DNA from: a bacterium
GTDB lineage: Bacteria; UBA8248
DNA: 64,000 bases
Reading direction: 5' to 3'
Assembly: GCA_965204535.1 (NCBI GenBank)
Contig: CBDBEV010000001.1
Location: 2,854,777-2,918,776, forward strand
The notes beneath the pieces are model-generated. The model was not told the DNA's origin and did no database searches. It saw only the letters and a program-made list of their open reading frames with translations. Position numbers and translations under genes: made by a program. Positions 18,839-28,113 of this stretch are shown in pieces; position 1 is the stretch's first letter; every line of letters begins with the position of its first letter.

Positions 18839-19756
18839 TCACCCGCGCGCCTGCAACGCGGCGTCTTTTCTTCGCTGGGGCAGACGCCGCCAGTAGCGGC
18901 AGGCATCCTGCAGGGGGCAGCCCGCGCAGAGTTTGATGTCTCTTTTGCTCGGACAATGCTTCAAGATGCCCATCCGCGAGATGGCGAAATCGTAGCGCAC
19001 CGGGTCGTCGGGGTCGATGCGCTTCAGGTTTCTCGTGATCTCGAGCGCCATCTTGAGGTCGGGCGTTTTCCTGTCGGTGAGGCCCAGCAGGCGCCCGATG
19101 CGTGCGATGTGGGTGTCGAGCGGTATGATGAGCTGATGGGTTTTCGGCGTCTTCCAGAGGCCCAGGTCCAGGCCGTCGTCGGGCCGCACCATCCACCTGA
19201 GAAACAGGTGGAGACGCTTGCACGCGCTGCCGCTCGCGGGATCGGGCAGGAGATAGTGAATGCCGCGCTCGATTTTCGCGTCCGCGGGCGCCGCCGGGAG
19301 GGAGCGGAACAGGCGCTCCCTGAATCTTTTGAGCGCCCCCTGGAGCGTCTCCTCCTCGGCGCAATAGCCTTTGAGGAAAAGCGCTTCGAGCGATCCCTCG
19401 TTCCTGAGCGCGGCCCCGATCGCCTGGGCGAAAACGCCGATGGCCTCGGGACCCACCCAGCGGTGGTAGAGACCTTCGAAGAGGCGGGCGCTCTCCTCGG
19501 GAAGATGGCTGCGCAGCGCGTCGGCGGGCCGGGGGCCGAGGCGCTCCATGATGCGCTTTACGCTCATCCGTATCGCGGCGGCGTTGCCGAAGGCCAGGGA
19601 TGCGCTCAGAAACGCCGCGACCTCGCGATCCCGCGCGCCCCGGTAGGCGTGCGCAAGGCCGAGCGGGTCGGTGGCCAGATAGCCGTCGTGATAGGCGTGG
19701 GCGAGCGCGTCCAGCTTCTCCTTGAGAAGCGGCACGTCTCCCGCCCTGAGAGGCAC
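18839..19756 (-). CDS. TIGR02757/DUF2400-family protein (HhH-GPD-like fold)
   Basis: 'IPLDTHIARIGRLLGLT' and a C-terminal Cys cluster 'CAGCPLQDAC'. The family assignment is from memory of that family's pattern. Confidence 0.7.
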   Translation of the reverse strand: MPLRAGDVPLLKEKLDALAHAYHDGYLATDPLGLAHAYRGARDREVAAFLSASLAFGNAAAIRMSVKRIMERLGPRPADALRSHLPEESARLFEGLYHRWVGPEAIGVFAQAIGAALRNEGSLEALFLKGYCAEEETLQGALKRFRERLFRSLPAAPADAKIERGIHYLLPDPASGSACKRLHLFLRWMVRPDDGLDLGLWKTPKTHQLIIPLDTHIARIGRLLGLTDRKTPDLKMALEITRNLKRIDPDDPVRYDFAISRMGILKHCPSKRDIKLCAGCPLQDACRYWRRLPQRRKDAALQARG

Positions 19757-20205
19757 TAGAACGCGCCCTTGGAATCCAGCAGCAGGGTGACGGGGCCGTC
19801 GTTCACGAGTTCGACTTCCATCATCGCGCCGAAGCGGCCCGTCGCGACGCGAACCCCGAGATTTTCGACCCGCGCGACGAATCGCTCATACAGAGGCTCC
19901 GCCTGCTCGGGCGGGGCCGCGGCGATGAAGGCGGGACGCCTTCCCTTTCGGCAATCGCCGTGCAGGGTGAACTGGCTGACGACGAGCATCGCTCCGTCCG
20001 CGTCGAGAAGCGAGAGGTTCATTTTCTGCGCCTCATCGGGGAATATCCTCAAGTTGGTGGTTTTATCGGCGAGGAAATCGACGTCTTTTTCAGTATCCTC
20101 GCGTCCGACCCCCAGGAAAACGAGGAGTCCGCCCCGGATTTCTCCAACGATCTCGGAATCCACACGGACACAGGCCTTGCTCACGCGCTGAACGACGGCT
20201 CTCAT
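19756..20205 (-). CDS. dtd: D-aminoacyl-tRNA deacylase
   Basis: 'MRAVVQRV...', '[15 protein letters not shown]' and '[13 protein letters not shown]' are typical Dtd. Confidence 0.9.
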   Translation of the reverse strand: MRAVVQRVSKACVRVDSEIVGEIRGGLLVFLGVGREDTEKDVDFLADKTTNLRIFPDEAQKMNLSLLDADGAMLVVSQFTLHGDCRKGRRPAFIAAAPPEQAEPLYERFVARVENLGVRVATGRFGAMMEVELVNDGPVTLLLDSKGAF

Positions 20206-20482
20206 ATTCGTTTGTCCCGCGGGGTCATTTTATTATCTCCGGGCCAGCGCTATCCCTGTTCCACCGTATGCCGGCGATGGGTCCAGAATATACGGCGAGT
20301 CTCTTGAAATTCAACGCCTTGAAACATCGCCCCGCCCGCGCGGCGTTTTCAAGTTCCCTTTGTCGTTTTCCTTGGTTGAAATGCGGGGAGCAATGTGCGA
20401 GAAATCATTTGCGAATTTTTCGCACCATTCATTCACATATAGCGAATGCGGCATCATATCCTAGCCACAATCGGGGCGGCCA

Positions 20483-21085
20483 TTGTCCAGCGCGGAAAAA
20501 TTGTCCAGAAAAAAAGTGTTCACCACGTTCGAAGTCGCGGAAATTTGCGACGTCACGCCGGTCACGATTCAAAACTGGATAGACAAGGGCTGGCTGCTCG
20601 CATACCGAACGCCGGGAGGCCATAGAAGGGTGAGGAAAGAGGCGCTTCTCTCTTTCCTGGAATCACGCGACATGCCCCATCCCTTTCGGGAAAAGGGGGG
20701 TGTTCCCCGGGTGCTCATCGTGAATGGCGATCAGGGCCTTGCCGACTCTCTCAAAGAAGCGCTCTCGTTGGATGAGCCGGGCTATGAAATTCAGGTGGCG
20801 CACGACGGGTTCCGGGCCGGTGTCCTCTATTCCAGTTCGCATCCGGATGTGGTGATACTCGATCTGAATCATTCCAGCGTGGATGGTTACGAGGTGTGCC
20901 GCCAGATAAAACAGAGCGAGGCCGGCGGCGAAACGTGCGTCGTGGCGCTCGGCGGCGTCGATGGGGACGAACGCAGGCGCATTCTCGATATGGGCGCGGC
21001 GCATTGCCTCCCCAAGCCGGTGGACTCCGTGGGTCTCAGGAATCTGGTGAAAGAGGCCGTCCTGAATCGCTGGAGGTCCCCTTAG
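20483..21085 (+). CDS. Excisionase/MerR-type HTH fused to a receiver-like (possibly pseudo-receiver) domain
   Basis: 'FTTFEVAEICDVTPVTIQNWIDKGWLLAYRTPGGHRRVRKEAL' is an excisionase-family HTH. It is followed by a CheY-like domain that keeps the phospho-acceptor Asp ('VILDLN') and Lys ('LPKP'), but whose N-terminal acidic pair reads 'NGD'. The start is uncertain (TTG 20483 or GTG 20516). Confidence 0.75.
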   Translation: MSSAEKLSRKKVFTTFEVAEICDVTPVTIQNWIDKGWLLAYRTPGGHRRVRKEALLSFLESRDMPHPFREKGGVPRVLIVNGDQGLADSLKEALSLDEPGYEIQVAHDGFRAGVLYSSSHPDVVILDLNHSSVDGYEVCRQIKQSEAGGETCVVALGGVDGDERRRILDMGAAHCLPKPVDSVGLRNLVKEAVLNRWRSP

Positions 21086-21177
21086 GCGCGTTCGGCATCG
21101 GGAGCCAAATCGGCGCAGCCCCGTGATTTTCATGGCGTGGGCTTGTGGTAACGCCCGTGTCGGGCTGAAATGTGTTG

Positions 21178-22065
21178 CTAGTTCTCCTCGGGCGCATCCT
21201 CATCGGCGCCCCGGTTTCTCAGAAAACGCTCCAGTTCCCTGGCCAGCTCATCTCCCGAGGGAAGCTCGCCCGGCTGGGTTTCTTCATCGAAGCCGTCGTC
21301 TCTGAGTTTTAGCTGTTCCACGTAGTCTCTCACCGATTTGTTCTTGTCGAGCGCCTCGTCGACTTTCTCTTCGAATTCATGCGCGCCCGCCTCGAGCTCG
21401 GAGAGATTGAGGGGGTAGGAGAGAAACTCGCTGAGCCGCTCCACGAGGGCGAGCGCCGCCTTCGGGTTGGGCGTCACGTTCACGTAGTGGGGCACGTTCG
21501 CCCATACGCTGACGGCGGGGAGGTTTTCGTCGCGGAACAGGTTGTTCAGCACGCCGACGATTCCGGTGGGTCCCTCATAGCGCGAGGGTTTGAGGCCCAG
21601 TTGAGAGGCGAGATCGGGGTTCGTGGAGGTGCCGGTAATCCGGACCCTGCTTCGGTGGTAGACGTCGGCGAGCAGGGCGCCCACCGTCACGGCCATCCGC
21701 ACCCGGCATTCGCGCACCATGGACAATATGATTTTCGAAAAGCGCTCCCATTGCAGATGAGGCTCCACGCCCAGGAACACCACCACATCGTGTTCGAGGT
21801 TCGGCGTCTCGCATGCGTAGAACGTGTTCGAGGGCCAGGTGATTTTCCGGCGGCTGTCCTCATCGAGGCTGACGTGGGGCCGCATGTCCTGAAAATTGTA
21901 GAACGGGTCGGAATCGATCCGGGCGAATTCCGACCCCCCCATTTTCTCGGTGATGAAACTGGCGGCGGTCGTGGCGGCGCTGCTGGCGTCGTTCCAGCCC
22001 GCGAAAGCCATGAGTAAAGCGGGGTCTCTGAGCTTCGGCGTTTCCTTGATGTCGAGATGTTCCAT
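21178..22065 (-). CDS. PAC2-family (proteasome-assembly-chaperone-like) protein
   Basis: 'LLMAFAGWNDASSAAT', 'VVFLGVEPHLQWERF' and 'YEGPTGIVGVL' follow the bacterial PAC2 family pattern. Confidence 0.75.
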   Translation of the reverse strand: MEHLDIKETPKLRDPALLMAFAGWNDASSAATTAASFITEKMGGSEFARIDSDPFYNFQDMRPHVSLDEDSRRKITWPSNTFYACETPNLEHDVVVFLGVEPHLQWERFSKIILSMVRECRVRMAVTVGALLADVYHRSRVRITGTSTNPDLASQLGLKPSRYEGPTGIVGVLNNLFRDENLPAVSVWANVPHYVNVTPNPKAALALVERLSEFLSYPLNLSELEAGAHEFEEKVDEALDKNKSVRDYVEQLKLRDDGFDEETQPGELPSGDELARELERFLRNRGADEDAPEEN

Positions 22066-22342
22066 TTGTTTGTCCCCCCAGTCCGCCTTATGAATCCAAG
22101 AACAAAGACTTTATCGGTTCAAGGAGAAAAGAAAGAAAACCATTGTATGAGGTCTCGGGAGGGGATTCAATCCTTTATTTCGGGGATTCTCGTGCGGCGT
22201 TTGATGGAGGCGCGCCGGTGGGATATAAATTTTCAGCCCGTGAGCCTGCGGCGTTTTCCGGCGGGGGGAGGCGATCTTCCTTCTTCCGGGGCGGAGATGT
22301 AGAGGAGCGGGCCGAATGCGGGTGGAACGTGAGGGATCGGTT

Positions 22343-23125
22343 ATGAACGCCCCTGAATCGTCGGATATGAAGGATAAGGTCGTCCTGGTGACCGGCGGCT
22401 CGCGCGGCATCGGCGCGGCCATTGCGAGGCGATTCGCGCGCGAGGGCGCGCATCTGGCCTTGAACCACAGGGACGGGAAGGGGAGGTCCGTCCAGATGGC
22501 GGACGAACTTTGCCGCGAGTTTGAGGCCGCCGGAGGACGGGCGGTCGCCATCCCTGCGGACATTTCGAAAAAAGACGCCGTAAAGGCCATGTTCGCGCAG
22601 GTGGAAGAGGAGTTCGGGCGACTCGACGTGCTCGTCCTGAACGCGGCGCGCGCGCCCTTCAAGCCGTGGGAGAAGCTCCTGGAGCGCGACCTCAAGCTCT
22701 TGGTGGAGACGAATTTTCTGGGCAACGTCTTCTGCCTGCAGGGGGCGCTTCCGTTGCTCTCGCGCCGGGGCGGGACCGTCGTGTTCATATCGAGTCTGGG
22801 GGGCCGCTTTTATCACCCCGAATACCCCCTGGGGCCCATGAAGGCGGCCATGGAGGCGGCGGTCACGCATTGGGCGGAAAGTTTCGAGGAGAGAGGCGTA
22901 TCGGTCAACGCCGTCTGCGCGGGGCTGGTGAAGACCGATTCGTTCAAGACGCTGCGCATGGTTCAGCCGGAGCTGGAAGAGCTGCCCGAGCGTTATTTCG
23001 TGACGCCGGAAGAAGTGGCGGAATCGGTCTATTTTCTCGCGGGCGCCGGCGCGGCTTCCATACGCGGGCAGACCCTCGTGGTCGACAGGGGACTCAGCAA
23101 CCGCCTGAACCGCCCCCCGGGGTGA
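22343..23125 (+). CDS. SDR oxidoreductase, FabL/FabI-like putative enoyl-ACP reductase
   Basis: It has 'VLVTGGSRGIG'. The catalytic region 'SSLGGRFYHPEYPLGPMKAAME' has a longer Tyr-to-Lys spacing than the classical YxxxK, as in enoyl reductases. Confidence 0.8.
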   Translation: MNAPESSDMKDKVVLVTGGSRGIGAAIARRFAREGAHLALNHRDGKGRSVQMADELCREFEAAGGRAVAIPADISKKDAVKAMFAQVEEEFGRLDVLVLNAARAPFKPWEKLLERDLKLLVETNFLGNVFCLQGALPLLSRRGGTVVFISSLGGRFYHPEYPLGPMKAAMEAAVTHWAESFEERGVSVNAVCAGLVKTDSFKTLRMVQPELEELPERYFVTPEEVAESVYFLAGAGAASIRGQTLVVDRGLSNRLNRPPG

Positions 23126-23260
23126 TGGAGCGGGGGAGATTCCTCGGAGAAGGTTGATTTTCGTTCCCCTCCTTGGTTGTATACGCTTGGATGCGTGGGG
23201 GAGGTTTGCATGCGTCCCTACACGAGGACGGGCCGCGCTTGATCGTTACAGAGGACTGCT

Positions 23261-23824
23261 ATGTCGCAAAACCTGGTATCAGACGATACGATTTTGGAAG
23301 AGGTGAAAAAGGCGATCGCCCACACCACGGGAATCGACGAGGAAACCATCGAGCCGGACAGCTCCCTGGTGGACGACCTGGGCGTCTTGTCGCTCGATTT
23401 TCTGGACGTGAACTTTCGCCTCGAGCAGGTGTTCGGCATCAAGATGGCGCGCAATTTCGTTCTGGAACACGTGGAGGAGATGTTCGGCGAAGGCGTGGCC
23501 ATCAACGAGGAGAGCGAGGTGACGGAAACAGGTGTCGAGGTCTTGAAGCTGCGCTTGAACGAAGCCGCTGCGGATCTCGAGCCCGGCATCCCCGTGGATG
23601 AGCTGCCGGCCCTCGTTACGCCGAAGACGCTGGCGGGCGCGGTGCGCGACGTACTGAACTGCCTGCCCGAGAAGAGCCCGGCGGGGGCGGACTGGAAGGC
23701 CGAGGATGGAACGCGCATCGTATGCGCGCAGACGAACGAACCCGCCGCTTTGCCCGGCGGCGATGAAGTGGTCCAGAACTGGCTGAACCGGGTGCAGGAA
23801 GAAAGGGGCCTCTTCTCCTCCTGA
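23261..23824 (+). CDS. Atypical long acyl carrier protein (187 aa)
   Basis: 'LVDDLGVLSLDFLDVNFRLEQVFGI' is an ACP helix-II motif with the phosphopantetheine Ser present but LSL in place of DSL. There is also an insertion of about 45 aa and a C-terminal extension of about 60 aa. Confidence 0.7.
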   Translation: MSQNLVSDDTILEEVKKAIAHTTGIDEETIEPDSSLVDDLGVLSLDFLDVNFRLEQVFGIKMARNFVLEHVEEMFGEGVAINEESEVTETGVEVLKLRLNEAAADLEPGIPVDELPALVTPKTLAGAVRDVLNCLPEKSPAGADWKAEDGTRIVCAQTNEPAALPGGDEVVQNWLNRVQEERGLFSS

Positions 23825-23868
23825 GGCCGCAGGCTTCATTCAAGCCGTTTTACCGGGAGAACATGTGA

Positions 23869-25179
23869 ATGGCCGGTAACGACAGGCGGGTCGTGATCAC
23901 CGGATACGGGGCGATGACGCCCCTGGGCAAGGACGTCGCCTCCACGTTCGACGCCGCTCGTGAGGGACGCTCGGGAATCGACGTGGTCCGCCGCTTCGAC
24001 CCCGAAAAGCTACCCTGCCGCATTGCCGGCGAGGTGGACGACGAGTGGATAGCCTCGCAGGAGAACGGTGCTGCGCGCAGGCTCGATAAATTCTCCACCC
24101 GGGGCGTGCGGATGATGCGCGTGGCCGTATCCCAGGCGGCGCAGACGGCGCGCTTGGGCGAAGTTCCCGAGAGAAAGCGAGTCGGCGTCGCGCTCGGCTC
24201 CCACGGCGATCACCCCCATGTCGAAGAGTTGCTCCGCATCTTCCCCTACTGGAAGCCGGAAGGCAGCGATCCCTTACAGGGCGGGTGGGACATCGAAGGC
24301 CTCAAAAGCCGCGGCGCCTATGATCTGATGACGTTTTTCAGAAGAAAGTCCGACGTGGCGACTTCGGTCGTCGCCTTGGATTTCGACTGCCGGGGTCCCA
24401 TGGTCTCCATCTGCTCGGCTTGTGCGGCGGGGGCGCAGGCGATCGGCGAGTCGGTGCGCCTCATCCGCGACGCGAAGGCGGACGTTATGGTGGCGGGCGG
24501 CTGCGAGGCGCCCATCACATACGTGGGGTTTCTCGGGTTCGTCCTGCTCACCGCGCTGGTGGAGAGATACGAAACCCCGCAGAGCGCGTCCCGTCCCTTC
24601 GACAGGAGGCGGAACGGCTTCGTGATGTCCGAAGGCGCGGGCGCGATGATACTCGAGAGCTACGAACACGCGCGTGCACGGGGCGCCGAGGTCCTCGGCG
24701 AAGTGCTCGGCTACGGCGATTCATCGGATGCGTTTCGCATCACCGACATGCACCCTAAGGGTCTCGGCGCGGTGTTCGCCATGAAAAAGGCGATCGAGGA
24801 TGCGCGAATCACGCCCGATCAAGTCGAATACGTCAACGCGCACGGCACCTCGACGCCCAAGAACGATTCCACCGAAACCAGGGCCATCAAGGAGGTGTTC
24901 GGCGCCCACGCGGAGAAGATGCCCGTCAGTTCCAACAAGTCCATGATCGGCCACACCATCGGCGCGGCGGGAGCCGTCGAAGCGATTCTGGCCGTGGAGG
25001 GGATGCGCCGCTCGGAGATTCTGCCGACCATCAACTACCAGAACCGCGATCCGAAGTGCGACCTCGACTACGTGCCCAACGAGACGAGGACGCAGGCCCA
25101 TCGCGTGGCTCTCTCCAACAGCTTCGGTTTCGGCGGGCAGAACGCCTGCCTTTGCCTGGGTGGTCCCGAGATCGCGTGA
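23869..25179 (+). CDS. Beta-ketoacyl-ACP synthase (FabF/KAS II-like, catalytically complete)
   Basis: The Cys-His-His triad is readable: 'SICSACAAGAQ', 'VNAHGTSTPKND' and 'SNKSMIGHTIGAAG'. Confidence 0.9.
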   Translation: MAGNDRRVVITGYGAMTPLGKDVASTFDAAREGRSGIDVVRRFDPEKLPCRIAGEVDDEWIASQENGAARRLDKFSTRGVRMMRVAVSQAAQTARLGEVPERKRVGVALGSHGDHPHVEELLRIFPYWKPEGSDPLQGGWDIEGLKSRGAYDLMTFFRRKSDVATSVVALDFDCRGPMVSICSACAAGAQAIGESVRLIRDAKADVMVAGGCEAPITYVGFLGFVLLTALVERYETPQSASRPFDRRRNGFVMSEGAGAMILESYEHARARGAEVLGEVLGYGDSSDAFRITDMHPKGLGAVFAMKKAIEDARITPDQVEYVNAHGTSTPKNDSTETRAIKEVFGAHAEKMPVSSNKSMIGHTIGAAGAVEAILAVEGMRRSEILPTINYQNRDPKCDLDYVPNETRTQAHRVALSNSFGFGGQNACLCLGGPEIA

Positions 25180-26366
25180 ATTTTCCGTCCATTCCGATCA
25201 CCGGCGTCGGCCTCGTAACGGCGGCGGGTCGAGGCGCCCAACCCGCCTGGGAGGCCCTTTGCGCGGGCCGCTCCCTCCTTGCTCCGGATGCTGATCCCGA
25301 ACTCGCTGGCTTCCCCCCCATCGAAACAGCGCAGTGCGCGCGAATCGACCCCGAATCGGTCGGCGCGTATCGACGTGCGGCGAGAATCATGGGCCACCAT
25401 ACCCACATGCTCCTGGCGGCGGTTCAAGATGTGATGGCCGACGCCCCTGCCGACCCGGAGATGACGGAGGAAGATATCGCCTTTTTCGCTGGCATGGACT
25501 CTGTCGATCCGGATAAAGACGATTTGGTAGGCGCAGTGAGGGAATCGGAAGATCTGGTGGATTTGGGGCATTTCTTCAGCGAGGGGATGGACGCCATCCC
25601 CCCGCTTTGGCCGCTCGGCATGTTGAACGCGATAGCTTTCAGCCAGGCGGCGATTCAGCACAGGTGGCGGGGCGAGAACGCCGTTTTCAGCACGGGCCCG
25701 GAGGCGACGGCGCGCGCCCTCTGCGAGGCGGCGGACTCGGTCGGATCAGGCAAGTCGAGGCTCGCTCTGTGCGCCGGCGTAAGCGGGGTGGTTTCCGCAA
25801 GAATGCTGGCCCGCGCGAAGCGGCGGGGCGCGTGGCCCGCTGCGGGCGGACTCGGAGAGGGCGCGGGCGTGATTCGCTTCGAGAAGACCGAAGTTGCCCA
25901 TTCGTCCAAAATTCTTGGCTGGTTCAAGGGCCAATCTTCTGTGCGCGCGTTAAAAAAAAGAGGCGGCCTCGTCCGGGCAATTCAAGAGTCGGCCCAGGGC
26001 GCGCTCGCGTGTGCCGGTCTCAAGCCCGAGGGAGTGGACCTTCTCGTGATTCATGGGGAGGGGGAATCTCGGGCGGATGGCGCCGAGGCGGAAGCGGTTT
26101 CCGCCGTTTTCGGCGGCCACAAGCCTTGGGGGCTTGCGACGAAGGGCGTATTCGGCCACCTTTGGGGGGGAAGCCCGGCGCTGGACCTGATTATGGCGAT
26201 GAAAGCCCTGGCCGAAGGCGCGGCGCCCCCATCTCCCGCATCGGAGAAGGAATTATTCCGGGATGCGGCAGATGGCTCCAGGCGGGATGAGCTCCGAAAC
26301 GCGCTGGTGCTTCTCCAGGGCTTCGACGGCGTATGCTCGGGGCTGGTGGTGGGAAAAGGCGCTTGA
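25176..26366 (+). CDS. Ketosynthase-like protein lacking the active-site Cys (chain-length-factor / KS-beta-like partner)
   Basis: It has a thiolase-fold layout, but the Cys position reads 'VFSTGPEATA'. Both His regions are retained ('VIHGEGES', 'KGVFGHLWGG'). Its GTG start overlaps the upstream stop (GTGA). Confidence 0.8.
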   Translation: MNFPSIPITGVGLVTAAGRGAQPAWEALCAGRSLLAPDADPELAGFPPIETAQCARIDPESVGAYRRAARIMGHHTHMLLAAVQDVMADAPADPEMTEEDIAFFAGMDSVDPDKDDLVGAVRESEDLVDLGHFFSEGMDAIPPLWPLGMLNAIAFSQAAIQHRWRGENAVFSTGPEATARALCEAADSVGSGKSRLALCAGVSGVVSARMLARAKRRGAWPAAGGLGEGAGVIRFEKTEVAHSSKILGWFKGQSSVRALKKRGGLVRAIQESAQGALACAGLKPEGVDLLVIHGEGESRADGAEAEAVSAVFGGHKPWGLATKGVFGHLWGGSPALDLIMAMKALAEGAAPPSPASEKELFRDAADGSRRDELRNALVLLQGFDGVCSGLVVGKGA

Positions 26367-26381
26367 CGGGAGAACGGGAAA

Positions 26382-26834
26382 TTGCGGTTTCTCTTTTTCG
26401 ATCAGATCAAGGAGATGGTGCGCGGCGAGCGGATCGTGGGCGTCAAGACGTTTCCGCTCTCAGAAGCATATTTGAACGCCCATTTCCGGCGCGCGCCCCG
26501 GGTGCCCGGCTCGATCCTCATCGAGGCGATGGCGCAGATCACGGGGTGGCTCGTAATCTACACCTATGATTTCAAGACCTCGTGCGTCATCTCGCTCATC
26601 GACGACGTGGAGGTGGCGAACGACCTGCGACCGGGCGTTACCGTGGAGATTCATGGCGAGATAATCGACACGAACGAACGGGCGAGCCTGTGCCGCGCGC
26701 GTATCGAAAAAGACGGTGTCGCTGTGGCCAAAGCCGAGCGGTTCGTGTATCCCCACTTTCCCAATGACGATCCAGAAAGCCTCAAGGAGCGCTTTAGAAG
26801 CTACGGCTGGCTGGCGTTCGAGGAGACGGCATGA
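26382..26834 (+). CDS. Hot-dog 3-hydroxyacyl-ACP dehydratase (FabZ/FabA-like) 1
   Basis: 'HFRRAPRVPGSILIEAMAQITGW' matches the FabZ His-containing motif HFPxxPxxPGxLxxEAxAQ. TTG start. Confidence 0.8.
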   Translation: MRFLFFDQIKEMVRGERIVGVKTFPLSEAYLNAHFRRAPRVPGSILIEAMAQITGWLVIYTYDFKTSCVISLIDDVEVANDLRPGVTVEIHGEIIDTNERASLCRARIEKDGVAVAKAERFVYPHFPNDDPESLKERFRSYGWLAFEETA

Positions 26835-28096
26835 GCGCGCAGGTATTCATCACCGGCCTCGGCATGGTGACCTCTTTGGGCGCCGACGTGGAGACTTGCT
26901 GGCGGCGGGCGCTGGCCGGTGAATCGGGCCTCGCGCCGATCACGTCTTTCGACGCGAAAGCGCTGCCCGTCGCCGGAGCGGGCGAGGTTTCTGAGGAGAC
27001 GCTCCGCGCCATCCGGGAGAGGCTTCCCGAGGAATATGCGGGCGAGGGGGAGCGCAGGGTGTTGTTCGCGCTCGACGCCGCGCAGAACGCGATGACGGAC
27101 GCCGGGATGCGCCCCGGCGATTATGCCCCCGAGCGCGCGGGCGTGGTGATGGGGACCGGGCTGAGCAGCTACCGGCTGGAGGATTTCGCCGCCTGGGCGG
27201 ACCCTGAAAACGGCTTCGACGCCGTCCGCTTCGCTGAAGAGCTTGAGATGACGCAAGTCTCCGGCTACTTCAACAACCCGCCCGAGCGGGCGACCTCCCT
27301 GATGGCGGAGTGGTTCGAACTCGCCGGTCCCACCGGCACGATCACCTCCGCCTGCGCGGCGGCGGGTCAGGCGATTGGCCTCGGGATGCGCATGATCCGA
27401 AGGGGCGAGGCGGACGTGGTTCTTTGCGGCGGGGCCGATTCGATGATCCATCCCGTCGGGATGGCCATATTCCTCCTGCTGGGCGCGGCGTCCAAATCGA
27501 AAGACCCCATCTGCCGTCCTTTCGACAGAAGACGCTCCGGCCTCGCCGTGGGCGAAGGGTCGGGCGTGGTGGTTCTGGAGTCGCAAGACCATGCGCGCGC
27601 GCGGGGCGCTGCGCCCTACGCCGTTCTATCGGGCTACGGCGCGAGCATGGACGCGCACCAGGTGACGGCCCCGCACCCGGCGGGCCGGGGCGCCGTTCGG
27701 TCGATGAGCGAGGCGATGGAAGATGCGGGCCTGGCTCCTGATGATGTCGCCTACGTCAACGCGCACGGCACGGGCACGAAACTGAACGATCCGGTCGAGA
27801 CCAGGGCGATTCGCGAGGTGTTCGGCGCGCGGGCGGATGCGCTGGCGGTGAGTTCGTCCAAATCCATGATCGGGCATCTCATCGCCGCCTGCGGCGCGCC
27901 CGAGTTCATCTTCACGGCCTTGAGCGTCGCGCGCGATATCGTGCATCCTACGACGTGCCTTGAGAACCCGGACCCGAAGTGCGATCTCGACTACGTGGCC
28001 GGGGGGGCGAGGGAGATGCCCGTGCCCGCCGCCATCACGAATTCCTTTGGTTTCGGCGGGCAAAACGCCACCTTGCTCGTGAGAAAGGCGGCCTAG
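26831..28096 (+). CDS. Beta-ketoacyl-ACP synthase (FabF-like, catalytically complete)
   Basis: 'ITSACAAAGQA', 'VNAHGTGTKLND' and 'SSKSMIGHLIAACG'. Its ATG overlaps the upstream stop (ATGA). Confidence 0.9.
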   Translation: MSAQVFITGLGMVTSLGADVETCWRRALAGESGLAPITSFDAKALPVAGAGEVSEETLRAIRERLPEEYAGEGERRVLFALDAAQNAMTDAGMRPGDYAPERAGVVMGTGLSSYRLEDFAAWADPENGFDAVRFAEELEMTQVSGYFNNPPERATSLMAEWFELAGPTGTITSACAAAGQAIGLGMRMIRRGEADVVLCGGADSMIHPVGMAIFLLLGAASKSKDPICRPFDRRRSGLAVGEGSGVVVLESQDHARARGAAPYAVLSGYGASMDAHQVTAPHPAGRGAVRSMSEAMEDAGLAPDDVAYVNAHGTGTKLNDPVETRAIREVFGARADALAVSSSKSMIGHLIAACGAPEFIFTALSVARDIVHPTTCLENPDPKCDLDYVAGGAREMPVPAAITNSFGFGGQNATLLVRKAA

Positions 28097-28113
28097 ATGA
28101 GAGGTGATACGGA

